Source of the DNA: a virus
Length of the DNA stretch: 64,000 nucleotides
IMG/VR virus record: IMGVR_UViG_3300032330_000236
Span: 905-64,904 of that record
Direction: 5' to 3' (one strand)
The notes under the pieces are model-generated. The model searched no databases. It was not told where the DNA came from and was given only the letters and a program-made list of their open reading frames with translations. The position numbers were made by a program, and so were the translations under genes. Below are positions 57,601-64,000 of the stretch, in pieces; within the stretch, counting starts at the first letter, position 1, and each line of letters starts with the position of its first letter.

Positions 57601-58119
57601 GAAGCCAAGGGTCTCAGCTACGTTAGCAACACCCGCACCCATCTGATAGGGTAGCCAGTCAGTAATTACAGTACCAATACCCTTGCCCCATGCTTTGAGG
57701 AACTCGTCTGACTCTTTAGATACTTGCTTGGCTTTCCCAGACTCCATTGTCTTAAGACCGCCCTCAATTAAAGATTTGCCAGTATCAGTTGCGCCTAGCT
57801 TACTTAAACCAACGCCAGCCAAAGCCTCAGTTGCACCACCAAGTTCTTGCAGTTGGGGGAAGTAATTACCCAGCCCGCGAACAAAGTCGCTGGATGTATC
57901 AGTATCAGGAAGAACCTTTGGCCCTTCTTGTACGGGAGCAGGTTTGGGAGGCGGCTCTTCTTTTGGTTTTACAGTCAGCGGCATCCACTCGTTTTTTATC
58001 AGTCCAAACTTTTCCCCAGTATCAGGATTACTAGCAGTCTTAGAAAAAGGAACCCACTCGTTGTTAACCAACGCAAAGCGTTCCCCAGTATCAGGATTGG
58101 TAGCAGTTTGGAGCGCCAT
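51613..58119 (-). CDS. Giant internal virion/ejection protein with zincin motif and LPD38-like C-terminus
   Basis: 2168 aa; MHELVHAAT; C-terminal FQVPWGFG..P..EY.MNKN..G..I; last late gene. Confidence 0.7.
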   Translation of the reverse strand: MALQTATNPDTGERFALVNNEWVPFSKTASNPDTGEKFGLIKNEWMPLTVKPKEEPPPKPAPVQEGPKVLPDTDTSSDFVRGLGNYFPQLQELGGATEALAGVGLSKLGATDTGKSLIEGGLKTMESGKAKQVSKESDEFLKAWGKGIGTVITDWLPYQMGAGVANVAETLGFSALGALAGTAVEPGVGTAVGAFGGAVSKTLIKSGIKEAAEAVLQREGKEAAKAFVEAETKKLLERQLEKGVLETYSKAGAKSLGSTAGLIGQAGLHGMGEVGSRVFDEEKQRAMAEGREFKPEDIDAARVAPAVLVHGVADYFFNKIGLNAMKIGSDATKSLALDIAKRIAVTGAKEIPAEELQTLAERYGAGLSLTDKEALDEYINTAAASVGMSVVPGGVGGARSHMANAKMTALRELKSKTQQEEASKDTSVKPLDTLETKPELAAMLAPAVPVGQETKATEATPAIAPAPTITSTPAAVATNETAPTETTPDPVQRATALVQEIDKGKKPHINELRAVITELGIPQPESGAGSVKRSIEAIRSHIAAQGEQNAGKTVGDTGGTSAAVVNQTDTGVTTGTAVTTQPSRVADTGPTIVESDGRTQLQSAPVSQTIKAQRVDTTPGYVRTEQSDEENLRAAMELASEYEKQEDENRKVNLEESRGKTTPKFTVTQEMREEYDLTREAKREEGVLIPEWNDLTVDEKDTYFDNIRQNTIEEHNNAADKLAEYRQQKGKAKENLSPQQQRLVNAYEQNRAISSKLFGVEFPAWNELSAEDKQVYLGQIINNAGLQQDMGFAHLGVHLLQRERRMTNDQKHAAALRMVEVQNKIEEEHKQNKEKYDKLNEANLRTSVQSLVPDNVLAHIKGNNIQGVLQFLRTAANNKFFRNIAQAIFSMKLNTQIHMVEKLPGKDVAIYDPASDTIYVTPFGATETVLMHELVHAATVKVLNIFLTKNGVGLTRAQIEAAEHLQDIMDDTRKLFAKRFPEAYKNLYEFVSYSMTNKSFQIELATLRQGAERAETILPEKKSMWSDFKLKVAELLGITKELFKRGNLNMNAPVNYQMEIAAAFDDIMAVPEKGTISMKPLPANGPANGIEGDNSAYNPDRHEAPDGKVFVKKLFTTGEGWRRIATWLVDRRTHAKYLHDIYNLAGKIKRDVNGKFTNFYEWAVNSAAMGENYYINQVQDIEERAHNQVKAYSEMLGGNLKFALNKLHRISEALHEPERRFVKWLLTVPLSTQKILVQNGVHISPAERRIQIVGDERANKPGLIHQAQLSEQQLAQLRAELEQLANSYFDSFGDSPRISDKIRERLNRPPPPGKAKQGIPTDIKDGMYNVLGLEQSEIALRQQQLADMQRNNPAEYKATMDIFNTMKELHKVTSELNEIGNYWSTPVANLVGLYNFQNYMPFKGKERNKRHADDIFDFDSRRNGRELQEFQASMEGRFSVSDNPILQSLSDAIRAAGRAGRRYYTQSIKNAIEAGIIPGEVAKSYKFWERNDIDMKKYKGEDYIFHYNQDGSLDILKVTDQKVLNSLRYTYQDANTLLDVANRVTGFFGSLHTRYNYNFAPMNFVRDTLFNTFNIGADRGPIEAVKYAASIAGNIVANNGFPKAWKVAMLHDKGDPASKALLAKMANEDGFVKNMVEYLEHGGKSSYTQSFSLKSNLEKLSESVGKSGRITNLEQFNNLMDTWNNMFEFTSRAAVYAQEKERALKEQIANGLSTTPGPNGEMSAAEKAAAFQAAVYAKEMTNFEQKGTYSRGLGALYMFIRPSAISAKRAIEAVAPAFRNIDDVIAGLPANIRNDPVAEAKFRTEYAEKQRNARIMITALSGMGYLMYMMAAMMAPDDEFGRNNVKNDNMQQWTRNARFHIPNSVSESLGLGKDVVFQVPWGFGLGAFAAAGAQVAGMTQGNTSLKDGMSNIVLSIMADSFVPIPISKIPPSEAPLAFTIDSMMPTVVRPLTEYLMNKNGIGQDINSATARRMGDAYTGGDKIPEIYKKVAQSLFKSDVPGFGVGGVQVSPNTLYFFTNSYLDGLGKLAELSYGMFDLGKGAKEFNPKTDVPLFGSFFGSKSNVDSREFSSVEKQIKEIQRKINTFDTVAPVEGAKYDAQNPMHRAVVDIYKEQLVELNSIRHEAELVRLNQGLTPKARDQLLKVYIFEENMIKHQMITMFKAFGVKP

Positions 58120-58121
58120 GT

Positions 58122-60740
58122 TTAATCCAATCTAGCGCCGGTTGGGGGAGGTGGAGGATTGCCAGAAGATGAAGATGTTTGTTTACCCAAAGCACGTTCT
58201 TCAAAAGGTTTTACGCGCTCTTTGATAACTCTTTCACGTTCTCTAAGGTTTTTCTCCATTTCAGCAATCTTAGCCTGAGCTGCTAGATAAGGGCCTTTGA
58301 ACACTGGATCCATTTTCTCTACGTTATATGTTCCAGTAGCTGGGTCAAACGCATTGGGAGAACCCATTTCTGCCCTTTCAATTACAACTTGTGCACGTTG
58401 ATAAGAACCACCTTTAATATCTCGTTCTCTAGCAAGCTCTGCCAACTCTGCCGCAGATTTTGCATACATGACGTTAAGTTGGTTAAATACCGCCGCATCT
58501 TTTTTGTTTGCGGCTTCTGCTGCCATACGTGCTTGTTCTGATTTTTGGCGAAGCTTTTCAGCTTGAAGATGTAAATCAGCCGTATATTTATGGCCTTCCA
58601 ACATTTTGTTAGCAGTGTATTCAGTTGCTTGCAGGTGAGCTTTATTAGTGCTTTCAGTACGAGCAGCTTCTGCATCCAGACGTGCTTTGTCTTCTTGGGC
58701 TTTAGCCAACTGATCTTGAACATGCTGCATACGATCAGCATTTTTTTCCTTAATAGCCCGAGCGTCTTTGTCAAACCCTCTTTCTTCTAATCGCGTTGCT
58801 TGATCCAATTCACCGATTGAATTGTCAATCTTCATACGAATTTCTTTTGCCTGCTTTTCATCAGTAATAAGCCCGGGCACAGATTCTTTGACCGCATTCA
58901 AGCCAGCAACAAGAGTGGGGCCGGGCGTAGAACCCCAACGCGCAAAGAACTCAGCTACTCGTAAAGCTCTATTGCGCTCTGCTTCATCTTGCGCATTTGC
59001 ACGTTCTTTCATTAAACCAGCGCGTTGTTCTATTGCGCCTTCATTTGGGCCAGCTTGTTTTCTCAACCTTGCCGCAATGTCTGCCTCTGATTCTTTATTG
59101 GCTTCTTGGGCTTTAGCATACTCAGCCGCATAGTACGGAGATATATTGCCAAGCGTATTTTCAATTTGAGGAGCCGCAGGCGGAGCAGGTTTTACTAAAG
59201 GTTGTTGCGCAATAACAGGAGACGGTACTTTCGTTATATCCCCAGTTGGCTTACCTTGCATTACGCGTTGCTGTAATATTTCTGAAGAACTTGGCTCTTC
59301 AACCTTCTCCCCTTCAGCAAACGCAATGATGCCGCCACCAGCCATGCCGGGTTGATTTTCCATTTGTTTCATCTTCAACAAGCGCTGAGCGATGCGTTTA
59401 ACGGTTGGGCTAGATGATTCTTTAAGTTCTCTTTGAAGACCCTCTTCATCCATGCTGTAGAGATCATGCTCTACTTCGCCGCCCACATCGTAAGATGCAA
59501 TACCGCCTTTTGCCATCCCCTTGATAACACCGCCTTTGGCTTTTAACGCGCTTGCCAACGATGCAGCCGCACCCGCCGCACCAATACCTTGAGTCAGGTA
59601 GTTTGGTTGAGCTTGATACTGTTGAGTAGTAGAAGCCTGCATAGGCAAACCACGGATCATGTTGGACATAGTGCCCAACTGCATGAGGGGGTACTGCTGC
59701 GCATTTGCAAAATCTTGCTGTGCTTGGTTAAGCTTTTGTTGCTCCAAAGCTTGTTGTTGTGCGCCATACTGATTTTGTAATCCGTAAATGCCTTGTTGTG
59801 CAGCAAGTTGTTGTTGACCAAGGTTAGCAAGATTTTGAGCGCCAGACATTGCTTGGTTATAAGCAGCCTGTTGTGCGCCAATTCCAGCACCAACACCTTG
59901 TATACCAGCTTGCATACCTTGAAGCCCAAGATTAGCCCCATACTGCTGGGCTTGCTGGGCATTTTGAAAAGCTGACTGAAGCCCTGTAGCTTGTATATCG
60001 CTTTGCTGCAACGCTAAGTTACGATTAGCTTCTGCATCGGTAAGAGCTTGACGTGAACCACCAAATGCACCTGCTTGGACAGCTTGCGCATTACGTCCTG
60101 TCGTTGCAATATCAGCTTTGCGTTGAGCTTCTCTTTGTTGAGCATCCACCACATTCTGCATGTAGGGGGACATATAAGCTTGCATGGCATATGGATTTGT
60201 TGCCTGCATTGCATACTGATTACCAGCATCGGCAGCTTGATACCCCATGCCAGATAAGCCAAGACCTTGTCCAGCAGTACCTAAAGCCCCACCAATACCA
60301 GCACCTGTGATATCCATGGCTTGGTTGTATTGGCCCGGCACTCTCATATTAGCAACGCCTTGCTGCGCCTGTTGCTGCATGGGTTGGAAACCCGCAATCC
60401 CCTTAGAAGGGTCATAGGATATTTGATTTCCGTTTGCATCGTACGTACCGCCGTATGCTTTATATGGTTGGAAGCCAGTTATGTCTGTTCCTCCAGCGGC
60501 ATTAGGCGTAGTTTGAAATAATTGCTTTTGGGTTGCGCCAAGCATTGTCTCGACATACGGTTTCGCGTACTCGGGGATGTTTGTGCTGTAACTTGTATTT
60601 TGAGTTGGAGCAGGTTGACCCCCACCTCCGTCTCCACCGCCACCACCATAAACAATACGCCCGCCTTCTTTACGGGTGATGCTTTCACCAAGAGGTTCGC
60701 CTAAAGCGTACAGCTCTCGTCGAGAATAATTTGTTTTCAT
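58122..60740 (-). CDS. Ejection/DNA-transfer protein, Gln/Ala/Gly-rich
   Basis: IPEYAKPY, YMSPYMQNV, AGAFGGSR, multiple [AK]xGG motifs. Confidence 0.7.
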   Translation of the reverse strand: MKTNYSRRELYALGEPLGESITRKEGGRIVYGGGGGDGGGGQPAPTQNTSYSTNIPEYAKPYVETMLGATQKQLFQTTPNAAGGTDITGFQPYKAYGGTYDANGNQISYDPSKGIAGFQPMQQQAQQGVANMRVPGQYNQAMDITGAGIGGALGTAGQGLGLSGMGYQAADAGNQYAMQATNPYAMQAYMSPYMQNVVDAQQREAQRKADIATTGRNAQAVQAGAFGGSRQALTDAEANRNLALQQSDIQATGLQSAFQNAQQAQQYGANLGLQGMQAGIQGVGAGIGAQQAAYNQAMSGAQNLANLGQQQLAAQQGIYGLQNQYGAQQQALEQQKLNQAQQDFANAQQYPLMQLGTMSNMIRGLPMQASTTQQYQAQPNYLTQGIGAAGAAASLASALKAKGGVIKGMAKGGIASYDVGGEVEHDLYSMDEEGLQRELKESSSPTVKRIAQRLLKMKQMENQPGMAGGGIIAFAEGEKVEEPSSSEILQQRVMQGKPTGDITKVPSPVIAQQPLVKPAPPAAPQIENTLGNISPYYAAEYAKAQEANKESEADIAARLRKQAGPNEGAIEQRAGLMKERANAQDEAERNRALRVAEFFARWGSTPGPTLVAGLNAVKESVPGLITDEKQAKEIRMKIDNSIGELDQATRLEERGFDKDARAIKEKNADRMQHVQDQLAKAQEDKARLDAEAARTESTNKAHLQATEYTANKMLEGHKYTADLHLQAEKLRQKSEQARMAAEAANKKDAAVFNQLNVMYAKSAAELAELARERDIKGGSYQRAQVVIERAEMGSPNAFDPATGTYNVEKMDPVFKGPYLAAQAKIAEMEKNLRERERVIKERVKPFEERALGKQTSSSSGNPPPPPTGARLD

Positions 60741-61144
60741 AATTTAATCCTCATCACTTGATGGGTAACTTTTAACCCAAGCTTCTCATACATATTCACC
60801 AAAGTGCCTTTGGCCCAGAGTTGTGCAGTTGTTGCGCCATGTAGCCGCATCCATTTATAGAGTTCTTCAATTACATGCGGACGAACAATAGCTTTACCGC
60901 CCATCAAGTTACCATGCGCCACGCGCTCTAATGGGTAATCAATAATATCCACCACTGCCGCACCAGTAATTCCTTCATCCGGTTCCTCCCAAACAAGTAG
61001 AAACGTGCGTCCTGTTCTTATTGCGTGTTCAACCAACTCAATCTTATTTAGATCAGGATCAAGGTCAATCGCCCTTTGAATTAAAGGCGCAGCAATAGGC
61101 CACACCTGTGGCAGTTCATTTGGACTGATTTGGTAGAGTGGCAT
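60737..61144 (-). CDS. Putative GNAT-like acyltransferase-fold protein
   Basis: 135 aa between ejection genes; MGG, MYEKLGLK. Confidence 0.45.
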   Translation of the reverse strand: MPLYQISPNELPQVWPIAAPLIQRAIDLDPDLNKIELVEHAIRTGRTFLLVWEEPDEGITGAAVVDIIDYPLERVAHGNLMGGKAIVRPHVIEELYKWMRLHGATTAQLWAKGTLVNMYEKLGLKVTHQVMRIKL

Positions 61145-62964
61145 TACTTGGGCACAAACTTGTTAGGGTTGATTTGCTTACCTTGCTTGGGGTTCCCTGT
61201 GCGGGCTTTACGAACTTTGTTCATCATCTCATGCAAAATCTTTGCGCCTGCATCAGTTGAGCCATTTCCAAGATGAGACACCACATCAGCGGGAATTACG
61301 AATTCACCATCAGCAAGACGGGCGGGTTGTTTTCCGGCAATAGTAGCGGGGATGTTATCTGACATGCCATCACCCGGGCCTTTGAGTAACCTAGGGTTTC
61401 CACCATCAGCATAACTACCTAAACTACCGTGCATAATTCCACCGCCAGCGAATCCTAGAGCTAATGGCCCAGTAGATCCTTGCTGATCTTGAGTTGTCTG
61501 TGTTTGCTGATATTGGGCTGCCTGTGCCTGCCCCAAATTTGCCTGCTGATCGGGTGGAGTCGCCTGAAACATATTGTTATACCCTGTAAACCCGCTACTA
61601 TTTTGGAATGGATATCCACCGCCAGCTCCGTATCCACCACCGCCACCACCTAAGTCAAGGGGGATATGTAAGTCTAAATTGCCGCTACCTGTAACACCAC
61701 CATCTGCATACCTATGTGCTCGCATGATACCGCCGTGCGCTGCCATCTCAGGATCAAGAGAAGAACCAGATTCAGACGCTTTAATTCCGGGTGGTGCAAG
61801 ATTTAATTGACCCATGGGAGTGGGACGTTTCATGCCGGGTAGTTGCATGTTGGCGCGTTTGTTGACTTTAGCCATGCGTATTTGTGCAGCGGTCAAAGCA
61901 TCCTGATAGCGAGTATCTGGGTCTTGGTCGTAATAAATACCAACATCGCCATGACTAAGAGGAGTCGTAGGTTTGGTCATGCGTTCGTAGTAGTCCATAG
62001 ACGACTTACCAACAAGGTCTCCTTCTTTATACGACGCAATACCGCCTTCTGCCATGTTATATACAGTAGGTGTATATTGATAATCCGCTGGATTAGCCTG
62101 TCGCCCTTGAAAGTCAGAAGACATTTTGTACTTACTCAAAGGGCCGTTGTATTCAGCAGTTGGCCCAAGACCTTTCTTCTCTTTTCTATTTGCATATTGA
62201 AGCGCATTCAAGCCCATCGAACCAGCCGAGAATGGATTTTCTTTGACATAGTTAAGCGCTTTGTTAAAGCCAGCTTCTAAACCAGAAGGCTCAGAAAGTG
62301 GCGCAGATGCGCCTGTCATACTGGGGGGCAATCTACCACCGGGCACTTGGGCGAGTTGTTCTTCCACTGGGTTATAAGACTGGTATGGCGCATTCATTGC
62401 CGCGCCGGGCTGCGCAGCAGGATTATTCATTGCAGACTGAACTGGATCTGCACTTGTTTGGGGGAAGCTCGCGTTGGTTGTGTTAGCAAAGCGTTCTACT
62501 TGTTCTAAGCCTTGTGGTTGATTCTGAATCAATTCTTTTGTTGTGTCCAATCCCGTTTCAGCCACTTGCCCTAAATCTTTATAATTTGATAGATTAGAAG
62601 TTAATTGTTGGATCTGTGAGGGATCTAACGTGTCAAGAGGAACATTTGATAAATTTTGGAAAAGCCCAGAATTAGCGGCCTGCACAGCATTGGCTTGTTG
62701 TTGAGCAACTAAAGCTTCGTTAATACCCGCTTGACCAGCGCCGCCAAGTCCTTGAGCAACCCCCGAGCTAAGAGTTTCTGCTAAAGGCGCTCCGCCCAAA
62801 GCTTGTCCAGCCAGTGAACCACCAAACTCACCAAAGAGTCCCGCCCCCGCGCCAAACAACTCACCCGCACCAAGCGCATCAAACGCCGCAGCAGTACCAA
62901 ACTCTGCGCCTAACGCAGTACCAAATATCTCCGGTGCGGCTACTTCAAATGCAGTTATGAACAT
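61144..62964 (-). CDS. Internal virion/ejection protein
   Basis: Hydrophobic Gly/Ala N-terminus; GPGDGMSDNIPA..LADGEFVIPADVVS; five AxGG motifs. Confidence 0.7.
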   Translation of the reverse strand: MFITAFEVAAPEIFGTALGAEFGTAAAFDALGAGELFGAGAGLFGEFGGSLAGQALGGAPLAETLSSGVAQGLGGAGQAGINEALVAQQQANAVQAANSGLFQNLSNVPLDTLDPSQIQQLTSNLSNYKDLGQVAETGLDTTKELIQNQPQGLEQVERFANTTNASFPQTSADPVQSAMNNPAAQPGAAMNAPYQSYNPVEEQLAQVPGGRLPPSMTGASAPLSEPSGLEAGFNKALNYVKENPFSAGSMGLNALQYANRKEKKGLGPTAEYNGPLSKYKMSSDFQGRQANPADYQYTPTVYNMAEGGIASYKEGDLVGKSSMDYYERMTKPTTPLSHGDVGIYYDQDPDTRYQDALTAAQIRMAKVNKRANMQLPGMKRPTPMGQLNLAPPGIKASESGSSLDPEMAAHGGIMRAHRYADGGVTGSGNLDLHIPLDLGGGGGGYGAGGGYPFQNSSGFTGYNNMFQATPPDQQANLGQAQAAQYQQTQTTQDQQGSTGPLALGFAGGGIMHGSLGSYADGGNPRLLKGPGDGMSDNIPATIAGKQPARLADGEFVIPADVVSHLGNGSTDAGAKILHEMMNKVRKARTGNPKQGKQINPNKFVPK

Positions 62965-62968
62965 ACTA

Positions 62969-63310
62969 TTACTCCTTGATTTCGGGAGACTCTAATCCAG
63001 TCCCACGTAAATTATGTAAACAACAGAGCACAACATCATCCGTCAAGGTCTTGAAGTAGTGCAGTTTTTCAGCCGAAACCGTGATTACAGCAGGTGCGGT
63101 GTATTGTCCAATAAATTCATCGTTGTGCCAAACTTCTACTGTTCCACGTGAAACAATCGTCGCATGGTCATGCGCATGGGAATGTTGCGGCATGATGGTC
63201 TGAGCCTTTTTCACCAAGTATGAACGAATCCAAATATCGTCCACCTCATCGAACTGGATATATTCGGGGTCTATCTGTCTGTAATTAGGGTTTGTACTTA
63301 GATTATTCAT
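62969..63310 (-). CDS. Cupin-fold protein
   Basis: QHSHAHDH..RG, APAVI, H.F..L. Confidence 0.75.
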   Translation of the reverse strand: MNNLSTNPNYRQIDPEYIQFDEVDDIWIRSYLVKKAQTIMPQHSHAHDHATIVSRGTVEVWHNDEFIGQYTAPAVITVSAEKLHYFKTLTDDVVLCCLHNLRGTGLESPEIKE

Positions 63311-64000
63311 GGGAAGAGCGCCGACACAAATGTTGCGCTAATAATAACGGCGGGGGATACTGGATGCACGGGCGCTGTTCCGGGCGGGTAAGTACCAGCT
63401 ACTGTGTCTCCGGAATCTGAAGCCATCATTAACTGAATATAATCACCAGCGTTTACAGGCGTAACTAAGTTCCAAGCTGCGATAGTAGCGCCTAAAGTGG
63501 TGCCGGGGCCAATAGGAACAGTTACAACCCCAGCCGTATTTGGGATGTCAACATTGTTTTGTTTAAACCAAAGGGTTACGTTATCTATTGAACTTTTACC
63601 GTTTAAAAGCTGAATACTAAACTGGATGTTATAAAACCCAGAAACAGCAAAAACAATCTTGCTGCTATCTGCGGGGTCTAAAGATATTTGATTGCTGGAA
63701 TCTGTTGTATCGTATGGAATAGCTAAAGCTGTAGTTGCGGAAGGTACTGCCTGAGCTTCTGTTACATAAAGACCTGCGGCGTGTGAAGCACCTGATGAAC
63801 CATACTGCGATCTGGTAATACCCGTAAATGTAGTGGCAGTTTTGCCTGTGTAGCTAATTAATTCTTTTGCAATAATAATAGTTCCCGCAGATGCAAACCC
63901 GGCAGTTGAACCAACAACAATAGCCGCAGTTGAACCTGAAGTTGGTATAGCGTTGGTTAAAGTTGTATACCCATCTTGATGAAACGCCCCATAGGGGAAC
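63307..64000 (-). CDS. Tail structural protein, 5'-truncated by the window edge
   Basis: Open frame FPYGAFHQDG...GFYNIQFSIQL..WFKQN..AAWN..PAVIISATFVSALFP-stop. Confidence 0.7.
   Translation of the reverse strand, partial: FPYGAFHQDGYTTLTNAIPTSGSTAAIVVGSTAGFASAGTIIIAKELISYTGKTATTFTGITRSQYGSSGASHAAGLYVTEAQAVPSATTALAIPYDTTDSSNQISLDPADSSKIVFAVSGFYNIQFSIQLLNGKSSIDNVTLWFKQNNVDIPNTAGVVTVPIGPGTTLGATIAAWNLVTPVNAGDYIQLMMASDSGDTVAGTYPPGTAPVHPVSPAVIISATFVSALFP

Noticed and set aside
1-64000. Stop-codon reassignment, introns or inteins, tRNAs, integrase
   Set aside because: Core genes are full-length and contiguous in the standard code, with no obvious insertions in terL, polymerase or helicase. No cloverleaf or recombinase motifs were noticed by eye, though tRNAscan was not run.

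Overview
The window is almost certainly most of one tailed dsDNA phage genome (podovirus-like, about 65 kb by inference), opened inside the tail genes. Its gene content resembles uncultured freshwater phages of Betaproteobacteria, but the host is an inference. The minus strand (28.5 kb down to 1, and 64 kb down to 51.6 kb) carries packaging, head, tail, ejection and lysis genes. The plus strand (29-51.6 kb) carries early genes and a replication module (DUF3150-like protein, AAA+ ATPase, vWA/HExxH protein, family A DNA polymerase, PD-(D/E)xK nuclease, SNF2 helicase, DUF927 primase-helicase). I saw no integrase, tRNA, rRNA or CRISPR array. The strongest unexplained signals are: (1) a 12.2-kb leading region with no GGCC or CCGG by manual scan, which also holds seven copies of an 18-bp parS-like palindrome, an iteron-like origin and duplicated promoter cassettes; (2) short peptide tags ([AK]xGG and a C-terminal DGxAxKGKTKG) shared by about 11 otherwise unrelated late proteins; (3) two structured intergenic RNAs, one a double pseudoknot after the capsid gene and one with an exposed anti-Shine-Dalgarno loop. 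All protein family calls come from motif recognition and gene context, not from database searches.
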